This document shows, piece by piece, positions 49,389 to 59,848 of a stretch of DNA of 64,000 bases (position 1 is the first letter of the stretch; each line of letters opens with the position of its first letter). The DNA is from an uncultured Desulfarculus sp. (lineage in GTDB: Bacteria > Desulfobacterota > Desulfarculia > Desulfarculales > Desulfarculaceae): the NCBI GenBank assembly GCA_963665125.2, contig CAXXUK010000001.1, forward strand, positions 1,376,001-1,440,000, given 5' to 3'. The notes beneath the pieces are model-generated. The model searched no databases and was not told the origin of the DNA. It worked only from the letters and a program-made list of their open reading frames with translations. Both the position numbers and the translations under genes were made by a program.

Positions 49389-49858
49389 GATGTCTCCTCG
49401 CCACTGTCCCGGAGTCTCAGGCAGATCAGCCGGGTCTTGCTCCATCCAAGGTGTTCATAAAAGGCCAATGCGGGTTTGTTGTCCCGGTCGGCCAGCAATT
49501 GCAGCCGGGCCGCCCCTTGCTCGCGGGCCCAGTGGATCACTCCCCTGAGCAGCATTTTGCCGATGCCGAACCCGCGCCAGCGGCTGTCCACGATGACATC
49601 TTCCACCAGCACCGACGGCCCGCCCTCGGCCGTGGAGACCACAACCTGGCCCGAACACATGCCCACCACCCGGCCCGCGGCCTCGGCCACCAACAGCCTG
49701 GCGCCATCCCTGGCCACCATCATCTTCAATCCCTTGATCTGCCGCTGGCGGTCGAAGTAGAAGTCAGTCTCCAGCGAGAACAACTCTTCCAACAAAGCGC
49801 ACATGAGATTCAAGTCACCGTGGTTGGCGCGTCGGATGGTCACCGGCTGGGTGGTCAT
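49376..49858 (-). CDS. GNAT acetyltransferase within the nif operon
   Basis: VDSRWRGFGIG, NKPALAFYEHLGW. Confidence 0.88.
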   Translation of the reverse strand: MTTQPVTIRRANHGDLNLMCALLEELFSLETDFYFDRQRQIKGLKMMVARDGARLLVAEAAGRVVGMCSGQVVVSTAEGGPSVLVEDVIVDSRWRGFGIGKMLLRGVIHWAREQGAARLQLLADRDNKPALAFYEHLGWSKTRLICLRLRDSGEETSWPR

Positions 49859-49870
49859 GGCACTCTTCCT

Positions 49871-50173
49871 TTAAGAGATCAGGTATTCGGCCGGAGGCTC
49901 GCCGTCCTCCAGGCCATCCAAAATCGCATCAATGGCCGCTTCGGAATCCACTCCCTTGAACCACCAGTTTTGCGGCTGCACCACCATGGCCGGACCGTTC
50001 TCGCACTGTTTGAGACAGCCGGTGGCCGTTACCTGGCAATCCAGGCCGCGGTCCAGGATTTCCTCTTCCAGGTACTGCAAAAATCCGTCGGTCTTTTTGT
50101 GGCAGATGCCCTTGGGCTCTCCATTGACCCGGAAGCTCTGGCAAACAAGTATCTGACTCGCGGGGATGCCCAT
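49871..50173 (-). CDS. Thioredoxin-like [2Fe-2S] ferredoxin
   Basis: VCQSFR...GIC...TGCLKQCENGP; four Cys. Confidence 0.9.
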   Translation of the reverse strand: MGIPASQILVCQSFRVNGEPKGICHKKTDGFLQYLEEEILDRGLDCQVTATGCLKQCENGPAMVVQPQNWWFKGVDSEAAIDAILDGLEDGEPPAEYLIS

Positions 50174-50224
50174 CTTAAAACTCCATAATCGTTATTATTT
50201 CAATCTGTTCTGTGTTGGCGGCGG

Positions 50225-51385
50225 CTACTTCTTGCCGCCCTTTTTCTTGCCGCAGTAGAGCACGTCCACCAGGCCTTCGACATTGCCTTCCTGGGTCAGC
50301 ACGGCCAGGCCTTTTTCGCTTAGGCTTCGCTTGGGGGCCTCGCCGGCGGCGGCTGTCAACACGGCGAAACAGTCGCTCAAGATCATCGCTGTTTGTTGCC
50401 AGCGGGCTTCGCCATGGCCCGCGTCCGAGGCAGGACGGGTCTCCAGTAGCACCACCGGTCCGTCCTTGGGACCATAGATCAGGAACTGAACGGTCTGGCC
50501 GAGGTGCAGGTCGACCTCAAAGCCGTCGGAACTGCACACCGCCAGATTGGGACTCTTTTCGTCCGGCTTGGGCAGGACGCTGCCGGTCGCACCCGCGTCA
50601 CCTGTCTGGAATTCAATGACATCGCGGCAGGAAACCACGTCCATGTACTTGGCCGGCAGATGCTTTGACGCCAACAGGGCCAGATCTTCCATTTCCGCCG
50701 GTTCGGCATGCTCAATGGGCAGCGGATGGTTGTCGCCCTTGGGTTCGAAGGAGAACAACTTCATCTCGCTGGCTCCCAACTCGGCGGCTATATCGGCGAT
50801 ATCTTCCACATGCCGGGAATTGACGCCCGGATAGACCGTTGTCTTGACCTGCACCTCGATGCCTTCGGCGGCAAGGGCCTTGATGGCCGAGGCCTGTTGG
50901 GCGATGAGAATCTGGGTGGATTCCTCAAGGGGCAGGGTCTTCTTGCCGGGCCTGATCCAGGCGTATATCTTGGCCGCGATCCTGGGGTTGACGGCATCCA
51001 TGAGAATGGACACATGGGCCAGGCCGAACTTGGCCAGCTCGGCGGCAAACTTGTCGGCCCCCAGGCCCAGGGTCGTCAAGCAGATGGACAAATCGGGGTA
51101 CGTGACGCGCAGCAGGCCCAATGTCTGGAGTGTCAACTCCGGCGTGGCCAAGGGATCGCCGGGACCGTTGAGATTGGCGACCCTGATTTTTTCGCCTTCG
51201 TCGGCCAGGTAGGCCAGCCAAGCCAGGGCCTGGTCCGGCGCCAGAGCCCTGGGCAGCGGCTGTTCCGGACTGAACCGGACCCGTGCCTGCGCTATCGGGG
51301 CTATGGGCAGGTGCACCCGGCCGCTGGCCCGGCGGCTACCCGCGCAATAGTCTTTTGCCGATTCGTGGCTGATTATCTTGCTCAT
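50225..51385 (-). CDS. NifB paralogue lacking CxxxCxxC, with NifX-like C-domain
   Basis: GRVHLPIAPIAQARVRFS, GPGDPLA, VYPGVN, VDLHLGQ. Confidence 0.85.
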   Translation of the reverse strand: MSKIISHESAKDYCAGSRRASGRVHLPIAPIAQARVRFSPEQPLPRALAPDQALAWLAYLADEGEKIRVANLNGPGDPLATPELTLQTLGLLRVTYPDLSICLTTLGLGADKFAAELAKFGLAHVSILMDAVNPRIAAKIYAWIRPGKKTLPLEESTQILIAQQASAIKALAAEGIEVQVKTTVYPGVNSRHVEDIADIAAELGASEMKLFSFEPKGDNHPLPIEHAEPAEMEDLALLASKHLPAKYMDVVSCRDVIEFQTGDAGATGSVLPKPDEKSPNLAVCSSDGFEVDLHLGQTVQFLIYGPKDGPVVLLETRPASDAGHGEARWQQTAMILSDCFAVLTAAAGEAPKRSLSEKGLAVLTQEGNVEGLVDVLYCGKKKGGKK

Positions 51386-51422
51386 GGCTTTATCCGCCTG
51401 GAATGAGTATCAATTTCGTTCA

Positions 51423-52802
51423 CTACATCACCAGTTCGAAGCTCTGTTCCGGATCGTCGCGGTCCTTGCGGTCCAGGATGGTCGAAAGGATCTTTTCCAG
51501 AAGCCTGAGGCCGCCCTTGTAGCCCACGGTGGGGAAGTACTGATGGCCCACGCGGTCGGTGATGGGGAAGCCCCAGCGCACCAGGGGAATGTCTTCGTCC
51601 CTGGAGATGTACTTGAGGTACGAGTTGCCGATGAGCAGATCCACTGTCTCGTTCTTGATCCACTGGTGCAGCAGGAAGATGTCCGCGTTCTGGTCGCACT
51701 TGACGTTCACCGCGTAGGGCAAACCTTCGGTGATCTGCCTGATGCGCGCCTCGAAGGCCTTGCCCGGCGTGCCGGTGACCAGGTGCGTGGGCCACATGTC
51801 GATTGAGACCAGGAATTCGGCCATGGCGATGAGCTGATCCGGGTCGCCGGCCAGAGCCACCTTCTTGTGATAGAAGTACTGGTGCATGTCGCTGATCATG
51901 TCCACCAGCTGGCCGCGTTCGTGGGCCACCTCGTCGGGTACGCTGACACCGGCGATGGTCCGCAGGGCGTCGACAAAGCGGTCCGTGGCCTTCAGGCCGA
52001 AGGGCATGTCCAGCACCCGGCAGGGAACCTTGTTGTTGGTGTCCAGGAACCTGGCGCCGTCGGCGCTGCACCATTCGCCCAGGGCCAAGGTTCCGATGGA
52101 ATCACCGGCGCTCTTTAGGTCGGCTATGGTGGCGCCGCCCTCGGGGAACATCTTGTATTCGCCGGACAGCGGACCGTTGAGGATGCCCGAGGTGTCCGGG
52201 AACATGATGATGCCCACACCGACCAGAGCGGCCAGGCGCTTGATCTCTTCCATGTCGGCCGGTTCCACCCAGCCCGGAATGATGTTGACCTTGCCGTTTT
52301 TGTGGCCCGTGGTTACTGCCAGCCGGGCCATGCCCTTGACCATGTTGGAAAAGCCGGTTACATGGCTGCCCACATAGCTGGGCGTGTTGGCGTAGATCAC
52401 GTGCTTGCCCTTGGGCACCTTGCCTTCCTTGATGGCCTTGTCGGTGATCTGGGGCAGGTCGTCGCCGATAGTCTCTGAAAGGCAGGTCGTATGCACGGCC
52501 ACCACTTCGGGCTCGTAGACGGTGAACATGTTGTCCAGGGCCTGGAGCAGGTTGGCCTGGCCGCCGAACACGCTGGCGCCCTCGGTGAACGAGCTTGTGC
52601 CCGCGCTGATGGGCTCCTTGTAGTGCCGGGTCAGGGTGCTGCGGTGGTAGGCGCAGCAGCCCTGTGATCCGTGGCTGTGGGGCAGGCACCCGTGCACACC
52701 CAGGGCCGCGTACATGGCTCCGATTGGCTGGCAGGTCTTGGCCGGGTTTACGGTCAAGGCATGGCGCTCGCTGATTTCTTTTGGCGTATGTCTAAGTAGC
52801 AT
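51423..52802 (-). CDS. nifK: Nitrogenase MoFe protein beta chain
   Basis: NPAKTCQP, HGSQGCC, TTCLSETIGDD. Confidence 0.97.
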   Translation of the reverse strand: MLLRHTPKEISERHALTVNPAKTCQPIGAMYAALGVHGCLPHSHGSQGCCAYHRSTLTRHYKEPISAGTSSFTEGASVFGGQANLLQALDNMFTVYEPEVVAVHTTCLSETIGDDLPQITDKAIKEGKVPKGKHVIYANTPSYVGSHVTGFSNMVKGMARLAVTTGHKNGKVNIIPGWVEPADMEEIKRLAALVGVGIIMFPDTSGILNGPLSGEYKMFPEGGATIADLKSAGDSIGTLALGEWCSADGARFLDTNNKVPCRVLDMPFGLKATDRFVDALRTIAGVSVPDEVAHERGQLVDMISDMHQYFYHKKVALAGDPDQLIAMAEFLVSIDMWPTHLVTGTPGKAFEARIRQITEGLPYAVNVKCDQNADIFLLHQWIKNETVDLLIGNSYLKYISRDEDIPLVRWGFPITDRVGHQYFPTVGYKGGLRLLEKILSTILDRKDRDDPEQSFELVM

Positions 52803-52827
52803 TGTTCATGTCCTTATTTCGCCGAAG

Positions 52828-54468
52828 CTATTCCCAAACATAGGTGGCCGAGAGTTCGGGGTTCTCCTGCCACGGCGCCTTGAGGTAGCTCCAGACCTTG
52901 CTGTTGACCAGCCGGTCTATCTCGTGGAAGAAGTTGACCGCGCCCCGGAATCCGGCATAGGGTCCGCCCGAGTCATAGCTGTGCAGCTGCTTCATGGGGA
53001 TGCCCAGCTTCTGGATGGAGAACTTTTCCTTGATGCCCGCGCAAAAGATGTCCGGCTTGAGCAGTTCCACCAGTTTTTCAGCCTCGTACTGGTTCAAGTC
53101 GTCGATGACAAACGAGCCCGCATCCATGTCAGGGATCATGCCGTCATATTCCTTGAACTTGTATCCGGCCTCTTCCAGGGCCTTCATGTCGCCCTCGCTC
53201 TTGCGGGGGTTGTAACGGGTCTCGTCCGGGTGCACCTCGAGTTCTTCGATGTTGCGCGAGTCGGCGTCCACCTTGAGGTTGGGGATGACCTGACGGCCCT
53301 CGTAGTCGTCACGGTGGGCGAACTCGTAGCCGGCGCTGATGGTCTTCATGCCGATCTCGGCGAAGAGGCCCTGATAGTGGTGGGCCCGGGAGCCGCCCAC
53401 GAACATCATGGCCGTCTTGCCTTCGGTGCGGGGCCGCACTTCCGCCGCCACGGCGTCCACCGCGGGCATTTCCTCAGCAATGACCTCTTCCACCCGGTCG
53501 ATGAGCTCCTGATCGCCGAAGTACTGGGCGATCTTGCGCAGGCTCTTGGCCGTGGACTTGGAGCCGATGAAGTTGACCTTGACCCAGGGAATGCCGTATT
53601 TGGTTTCCAACATGTCGGCAACGTAGTTGATGGAGCGGTGGCACATCACCGCGTTGAGGTCTGCCGTGTGGGCGCTGGCGAACTGGTCATAGGACGAGTT
53701 GCCGCTGAAGGTGGAGATGTTGGTGATGCCGCACTTATTGAGAATGCGGTCGATCTCGAAACCGTCGCCGCCGATGTTGTATTCGCCCAGCAGGTTGATC
53801 TTGAACTTGCCCTGCTTGCCGTGGTCGTTGAGACCCACCAGATGCCTGAAGACCTGGTTGTTGGCGATGTGGTGGCCGGCCGACTGGCTGACGCCCTTGT
53901 AGCCCTCGCAACTGAAGGCGAATACGTTGCAGTCGCCGAACTTCTTCTTCATCTTTTCGGCAACGGCGTGGATGTCGTCGCCGATGAGGCCAACGGGGCA
54001 GGTGGCGAACACGCAGATGCCCTTGGGGTGGAACAGATCGTAGGCCTCCTGGATCGCCGCCTCCAGCTTCTTTTCACCGCCGAATATGATGTCCTTGTCC
54101 TGCATGTCCGTGCTGAAGCAGTAGGTCATGTAGTTGTGGGCGTCTTCGGCCGAGGCGTCGGTCTGGTTGCGGCGGGTAAGCCAGGAATAAAATCCGCAAC
54201 CGATGGGGCCGTGGGTGATGTTGAGGATATCCCTGGTGGGCCCCATAATAACGCCCTTGCAACCGGCATATGTACAACCGCGCATGGTGATGATGCCGGG
54301 GATCGTGCGCACGTTGGCGGTAATCTCGGGCGTTTCGTTTTCCAGGGCCTCGTTTATCAAAATCTGCTTGGCGCGCTTTCGGGCCACCTTTGGAGGATAC
54401 TTCTTGAGCAGTTCCTCCTTGATGTCGGTGGGTTCCATGCGCACGAACTTGTGATTTTTTGCTGGCAT
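52828..54468 (-). CDS. nifD: Nitrogenase MoFe protein alpha chain
   Basis: RGCTYAGC, HGPIGC, SAGHH, MCHRS, GYEFAH, HSYDSGGPY. Confidence 0.97.
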   Translation of the reverse strand: MPAKNHKFVRMEPTDIKEELLKKYPPKVARKRAKQILINEALENETPEITANVRTIPGIITMRGCTYAGCKGVIMGPTRDILNITHGPIGCGFYSWLTRRNQTDASAEDAHNYMTYCFSTDMQDKDIIFGGEKKLEAAIQEAYDLFHPKGICVFATCPVGLIGDDIHAVAEKMKKKFGDCNVFAFSCEGYKGVSQSAGHHIANNQVFRHLVGLNDHGKQGKFKINLLGEYNIGGDGFEIDRILNKCGITNISTFSGNSSYDQFASAHTADLNAVMCHRSINYVADMLETKYGIPWVKVNFIGSKSTAKSLRKIAQYFGDQELIDRVEEVIAEEMPAVDAVAAEVRPRTEGKTAMMFVGGSRAHHYQGLFAEIGMKTISAGYEFAHRDDYEGRQVIPNLKVDADSRNIEELEVHPDETRYNPRKSEGDMKALEEAGYKFKEYDGMIPDMDAGSFVIDDLNQYEAEKLVELLKPDIFCAGIKEKFSIQKLGIPMKQLHSYDSGGPYAGFRGAVNFFHEIDRLVNSKVWSYLKAPWQENPELSATYVWE

Positions 54469-54489
54469 GGTCGTCTCCAGATGTTTCAG

Positions 54490-54861
54490 CTAAATGGCCT
54501 TCTCGCCGCGTTCGCCGGTGCGAACCCGCACCGCGTCTCCAAGGGGTAGGACAAAGATCTTGCCATCGCCGGGTTTGCCGGTCTGGTTGGTCTCGATGAT
54601 GGTCTGGACCACCTCGTCGACCAGCTTGTCGTGCACCACCATGGTCAGCATTCGCTTGGAATAGAGTTTGCCCTTTTCGCCCAGCAGGGCGATGGCCTCT
54701 TCGTAGCCTTCGTTGGCCCCGGCCAGGATCTTGACGTCCACCAGGCCTTTGCCCCTGCCCTGGCATTCATGGGCGAACATGGAGTCGATTCCCGCTTCGG
54801 CAAGGGCCTTTTTGGTCTTGTTCATGGTGTTCATGCGCACCACGGCTATTACTTCCTTCAT
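54490..54861 (-). CDS. nifI2: PII-family nitrogenase regulator NifI2
   Basis: GRGKG, TGKPGDGKIFV, RVRTGE; lies between nifH and nifD. Confidence 0.9.
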   Translation of the reverse strand: MKEVIAVVRMNTMNKTKKALAEAGIDSMFAHECQGRGKGLVDVKILAGANEGYEEAIALLGEKGKLYSKRMLTMVVHDKLVDEVVQTIIETNQTGKPGDGKIFVLPLGDAVRVRTGERGEKAI

Positions 54862-55214
54862 GCCGTGGCCTCCTCTTCAACCGGGGCGGTATCGCAGATG
54901 CCGGTGCTGACGGTGTAGACGTCCTGCACTTCGCTGATGAAGATCTTGCCGTCGCCGAAGGCGCCCTTGGTGCCCGAGCGGGCCACGCCCATCACGGTCT
55001 CGATGACGAAGTCCTTGTCCTCGGCCCTAACCACCATCATCAGCATGGTCTTGGGGATCTCGTCGTAGGTTACCTGGCCGATTTTGATGCCGCGCTGCTT
55101 GCCGCGGCCGGCCACGGAATATTTGGTTACCGAGGGGAACCCGGCATCCATGAGCGCGGCCAGCACGTCATCCGCCTTTTCCGGCCTCACAATTGCTCTG
55201 ATCATGATCATCAT
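54858..55214 (-). CDS. nifI1: PII-family nitrogenase regulator NifI1
   Basis: AIVRPEK, GRGKQRG, YDEIPK, GAFGDGKIF. Confidence 0.9.
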   Translation of the reverse strand: MMIMIRAIVRPEKADDVLAALMDAGFPSVTKYSVAGRGKQRGIKIGQVTYDEIPKTMLMMVVRAEDKDFVIETVMGVARSGTKGAFGDGKIFISEVQDVYTVSTGICDTAPVEEEATA

Positions 55215-55248
55215 GTTGTTATCCTCCTCTAATAAGCCGGTTGGGTGG

Positions 55249-56124
<876 letters not shown>

Positions 56125-56130
56125 CTATAG

Positions 56131-56146
56131 AGCAAAGGCCTTGCCA
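56131..56146 (-). promoter_or_regulatory. sigma54 promoter of nifH
   Basis: Minus strand TGGCAAGGCCTTTGCT. Confidence 0.88.
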
Positions 56147-56279
56147 AGACCGCATACGGCGCAAATCAACATAGCCAACTAGCCGTTTTTTATTGATAAT
56201 TAAGTATATTTCGACTAATCGCCAAACTGGTTGGGCCGGGCCTGGGCCCATGGCCTTACACGCGGAGGGAAAATGGTTT

Positions 56280-56291
56280 TACATTTTTGTC
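56280..56291. promoter_or_regulatory. Candidate NifA UAS
   Basis: TACA-TTTT-TGTC, about 135 bp upstream of the nifH -24 element. Confidence 0.55.
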
Positions 56292-56393
56292 AATGTACGG
56301 CGGCGGCGCAAAAAGGCATGGCAGGCCGACCGACGGCCGCAAGACCGCCGTAGGCTCCACCTAGTAATGCTTGGTTGTCGGAGGACAAAAGGA

Positions 56394-57950
56394 TCAGCCG
56401 CCCAGCAGACGGCGGCGCTCGGCTTTGACCTTGTCTTCCAGGCCGTATTTTTTGATTCGGTAGCCAAGTTTGCGCAGGGTGATGCCCAGATCCTGGGCCG
56501 CCCGGGACTGGACCCAACGGTTGCGTCCAAGGGCCTCCAAAAGCTCGTTTTTCTCCATGTCATCGAGCTTGGAGCCGCCGCCGTCCTCATTGTCGGCGTG
56601 CTGAGCCCTTGGGGCGTTTTTTTTCAGGAAGTCCGGCAGGTCGTCATGGCTGATAACGTCCTGGTCTACCATGATGGCCAGACGTTCGATGATGTTTTCC
56701 AGCTCACGGACATTGCCGGGCCAGCCGTAGCTCATCAGCACTTCCCTTGCCGAACGGTCCATCCCGAACCGGCGGTTGTACTCCATGGAGTTTTTCTCCA
56801 GAAAATGGCCGATCAGCAGGGGGATGTCCTCCACCCGCTCCCGCAGGGGCGGCAGGTGTAGGGGAAACACATTGAGGCGATAGTATAGGTCCTGGCGGAA
56901 GCCCTTGCGCTCCACAAGGTAGGGCAGGTCCTGGTTGGTGGCGGCGATTATGCGCACATCCACCTTGCGGGTCTTTGGCGAGCCGAGGCGCTCGAATTCC
57001 TTGTCCTGCAAAAAGCGCAACAGCTTGGCCTGGAGGCCGATGGGCATCTCGCCGATTTCATCCAAGAACACCGTGCCGCCGTCGCCCTCCTCAAAGCGAC
57101 CGGGCTTTTCATTGGTGGCCCCGGTAAAGGCCCCCTTGGCATGTCCGAACAGCTCCGATTCCAATAGGTTCTCGGGCAGCGCCGCGCAGTTTATCTTGAC
57201 GAACGGACCGTCGGCCCTGGCGCTCATCTCATGGATGATGCGCGCCACCAGGGTCTTGCCCGTGCCCGACTCACCCAGCAGCAGCACCGAGGCCTTGGCC
57301 GGAGCCACCTTGCCCAGCATGGCCTGCAACCGGCGCATGGCCGGGCTCTTGCCGACGATGAAGAAATCATTGTAGCGGTTGGATATCTCGTCCTTGAGCT
57401 GCTTGTTCTGGCGACGCAACAGGCCTTCGCGCTGCTCCACCAGGCGGTTGAGGTGCACGAACTGGCCGATGAGCTGGGCCACGATGGACAAAAAGCGGAT
57501 ATCCTCGGAGGCGCTGATCTCTTCGCCGAAGAGCCTATCCACGCTGAGCACGCCGATGGGGTCTCCGTGCAAAACAATGGGTACGCCCACAAAGGCGACC
57601 TTGCCCTTGTCGAGATCACGGGACTGTGTTTTGTTCAGAAAAAGCGGCTCGCGGCTGACATCGGGCACGTAAAATGGCTTGGCCGTCTCGAATATGCGGC
57701 CGGTTATGCCCTCGCCCTGATCGTAGACCCCTCTGAGCATCTCCCGCTTGGTCAGGCCGTGGGACGCGTAAATGGCCAGGCTTCCGGTGTCCCCCTCGCG
57801 CAGGGTCACCGTGGCCCGTTTCATTGACAGCGTGTCCGAGATGATCTCCAGCACCTTTTCCAAAGTCTGGGGCAGATCAAGGGCCTGGCCGATGATCCGG
57901 CTCACCTCGTAGAGAACACGCAACTCCAGTTCTGTTACCTGAGTACTCAT
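56394..57950 (-). CDS. nifA: Nif-specific sigma54 activator (GAF-AAA-HTH)
   Basis: GAF (GEGITG, LFLNKT), [17 protein letters not shown]; adjacent to nifH. Confidence 0.9.
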   Translation of the reverse strand: MSTQVTELELRVLYEVSRIIGQALDLPQTLEKVLEIISDTLSMKRATVTLREGDTGSLAIYASHGLTKREMLRGVYDQGEGITGRIFETAKPFYVPDVSREPLFLNKTQSRDLDKGKVAFVGVPIVLHGDPIGVLSVDRLFGEEISASEDIRFLSIVAQLIGQFVHLNRLVEQREGLLRRQNKQLKDEISNRYNDFFIVGKSPAMRRLQAMLGKVAPAKASVLLLGESGTGKTLVARIIHEMSARADGPFVKINCAALPENLLESELFGHAKGAFTGATNEKPGRFEEGDGGTVFLDEIGEMPIGLQAKLLRFLQDKEFERLGSPKTRKVDVRIIAATNQDLPYLVERKGFRQDLYYRLNVFPLHLPPLRERVEDIPLLIGHFLEKNSMEYNRRFGMDRSAREVLMSYGWPGNVRELENIIERLAIMVDQDVISHDDLPDFLKKNAPRAQHADNEDGGGSKLDDMEKNELLEALGRNRWVQSRAAQDLGITLRKLGYRIKKYGLEDKVKAERRRLLGG

Positions 57951-57962
57951 ATCACTATTAAA

Positions 57963-57978
57963 TGCAATATGGGTGCCG
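57963..57978 (-). promoter_or_regulatory. sigma54-like promoter directly before nifA
   Basis: Minus strand CGGCACCCATATTGCA with GG-N10-GC spacing. Confidence 0.55.
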
Positions 57979-58090
57979 GAATAAATACAATAATAACAAG
58001 TTGATTTTTATACAAATACAGGCAGCGCCACCAAAGAGCATATTAGAGCTAACCCTGAAAACGACACCAGGGACGCGACTAAACACAGTT

Positions 58091-59017
58091 TCATACGTTT
58101 TTGTAGGATCGTAGAGAGGTTGTCTGATTCCCGGAAAGCAACTCATTCAACATGGCGCTTGCCTGATCAAGAGCCCGCAAATCGATTTTTGCATCCCCGC
58201 CCTTCTTAATTAGGAATTTCGCCGCCAACCCGGAGGAGAGGTTTGCTTTGGGCTGTGTGGGCAAAAAAGGGCAACCGCCCCGACCATCCAGGGTTACGTC
58301 CAGCCAATCCGTCCGGCACCGCCATGCCGCCTCAAGGTTGCACTCGAGCTGCCGGCTTGCGCCATGCAGGTGCAGACCGAGGTACGCGCCGGGAAGGCCT
58401 CGCCGCAGGCAACCAAACGCCGCGCCGATCATATGCGGCAGGGCCCTAGCAGCCGTATCGGCCAAGGCCAGCCTGTCTACGCCTATTTCATGGAACGGCT
58501 TGAATATTGCCAATAGGTTATCAGCGGACGGCGGACTAAACATGGGGCCGCCAAAGGCGCATTGCAGCCCCATGCGCACCTGCATGCCCATTTCCAAGGC
58601 CAGCCCCGCCAGATACCGGCAGCGGTCCAGGCCCTGTTCCGCCGTGCAGTTCAGATTGCGCCTGCTGTGAATTTCGGACAACGACGCGGACAAGGCCACT
58701 CTGGAGAAACCGGCCTTGGCCGCCCGGACCAGTCCCTGGTGATTGAACACCATGACCCAGGCTTCTATTCCGGGGATACGGGCAATACCGTCGGCGAGGC
58801 TGTCGCAATCGGCCATTTGAGGCATCCTGTCCGGACGGACCAGGGCGCCGACCTGAAAACGCCGCAGGCCCGCGCGGACCAATTGCTCCAACAGGGCCAG
58901 GCGCTGTTCAAACGGCACGGATCGTGGGTGGATCTGAAAGGCTTCCCGCAGGGTCTGATCCTCCAGAAACGGCTTATTGCTGCTGTTAGTTGCGTCATGC
59001 TGTTCGGCAATAGGCAT
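58091..59017 (-). CDS. DRE-TIM metallolyase, HMG-CoA lyase-like
   Basis: EDQTLREAFQ, RMPQMAD, SEIHSRRNLN, LADT, LHLHG, GRGGCPF. Confidence 0.82.
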   Translation of the reverse strand: MPIAEQHDATNSSNKPFLEDQTLREAFQIHPRSVPFEQRLALLEQLVRAGLRRFQVGALVRPDRMPQMADCDSLADGIARIPGIEAWVMVFNHQGLVRAAKAGFSRVALSASLSEIHSRRNLNCTAEQGLDRCRYLAGLALEMGMQVRMGLQCAFGGPMFSPPSADNLLAIFKPFHEIGVDRLALADTAARALPHMIGAAFGCLRRGLPGAYLGLHLHGASRQLECNLEAAWRCRTDWLDVTLDGRGGCPFLPTQPKANLSSGLAAKFLIKKGGDAKIDLRALDQASAMLNELLSGNQTTSLRSYKNV

Positions 59018-59096
59018 TTTCGCATTGATCCAAATCGATTCATAACTGCCCCGGTGCCCATGGTGGGCCGGGAAGAGCCTCTGGGATTAAAATAAA

Positions 59097-59112
59097 TGCA
59101 ACCAGTGCGCCA
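59097..59112 (-). promoter_or_regulatory. sigma54 promoter of the lyase-like gene
   Basis: Minus strand TGGCGCACTGGTTGCA; TACATTTTTGTA at 59202-59213 upstream. Confidence 0.75.
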
Positions 59113-59284
59113 AGATTTTATTTTTTAGCTAACCACTTACCGTTACAGTTCTTTTCATATGCATGCGACCGAGAAACCCCAAAATGCCCGACCCATTAAG
59201 TTACATTTTTGTAGCTTCACATTCACAAATTCGAACTGGCTAGCCACAACATGAAACAGTGAAGGCAGCTTGCCAAACCATTGA

Positions 59285-59313
59285 TTGACCTCCCCGCTTC
59301 AATGGAATACCAT
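59285..59313 (+). promoter_or_regulatory. sigma70-like promoter
   Basis: TTGACC-N17-TACCAT upstream of the lipoprotein gene. Confidence 0.5.
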
Positions 59314-59365
59314 GCTGAAATTAGGAAATTAGTCGTATGTCCCACAGTTTACAAAAGGAGTTAAC

Positions 59366-59848
59366 ATGGTTTTCCGTTCAAGTCTGAAATGGTTGGTATT
59401 GGTTGCGGTTCTGCCGCTCATCCTGGTTGCCTGCGGCGGCGCGGGCTCCAGCCCCGAAGGCACGGTGGAGGCCTGTTTCAAAGCCATGGCCGACGGCGAC
59501 CAGGAGGCCATGAAACAGCTTGTGGTTCCGGCGGTGCGCTCCCAGATGAACGACGAAGACCCGCAAGCCAAACGGATGATGGAATCCATGGGCAAGTCTT
59601 TTGAAGGCATCAACAAATCCGAAGTCGACGGCGACAAGGCCAAAGTATGGATCAACATCAATGATGAAAAAATGGCCGCCGCAATGACCGAGTTGATGCA
59701 AGATCAGATGAAAAAGGCCGGTGAGCAGGGCGAGCAAATGCGTAAGATGATGGAGGCCGTAATCCAGCAAACCGCCAAAGAAATGGAGAATCATCCCATC
59801 AGCCTGGTAAAGCAGGACGGCAAGTGGCTCATCGACGAAATGAAGTAG
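59366..59848 (+). CDS. Lipoprotein (DUF4878-like)
   Basis: Lipobox LVAC, SSPEGTV, LVKQDGKWLI. AAGGAG RBS. Confidence 0.8.
   Translation: MVFRSSLKWLVLVAVLPLILVACGGAGSSPEGTVEACFKAMADGDQEAMKQLVVPAVRSQMNDEDPQAKRMMESMGKSFEGINKSEVDGDKAKVWININDEKMAAAMTELMQDQMKKAGEQGEQMRKMMEAVIQQTAKEMENHPISLVKQDGKWLIDEMK

Noticed and set aside
52714..54549. 611-aa plus-strand ORF (similarly 48093-49460, 16859-18229 and 61164-62486)
   Set aside because: Antisense shadows of well-supported genes, expected with GC-rich codon bias; no motifs.
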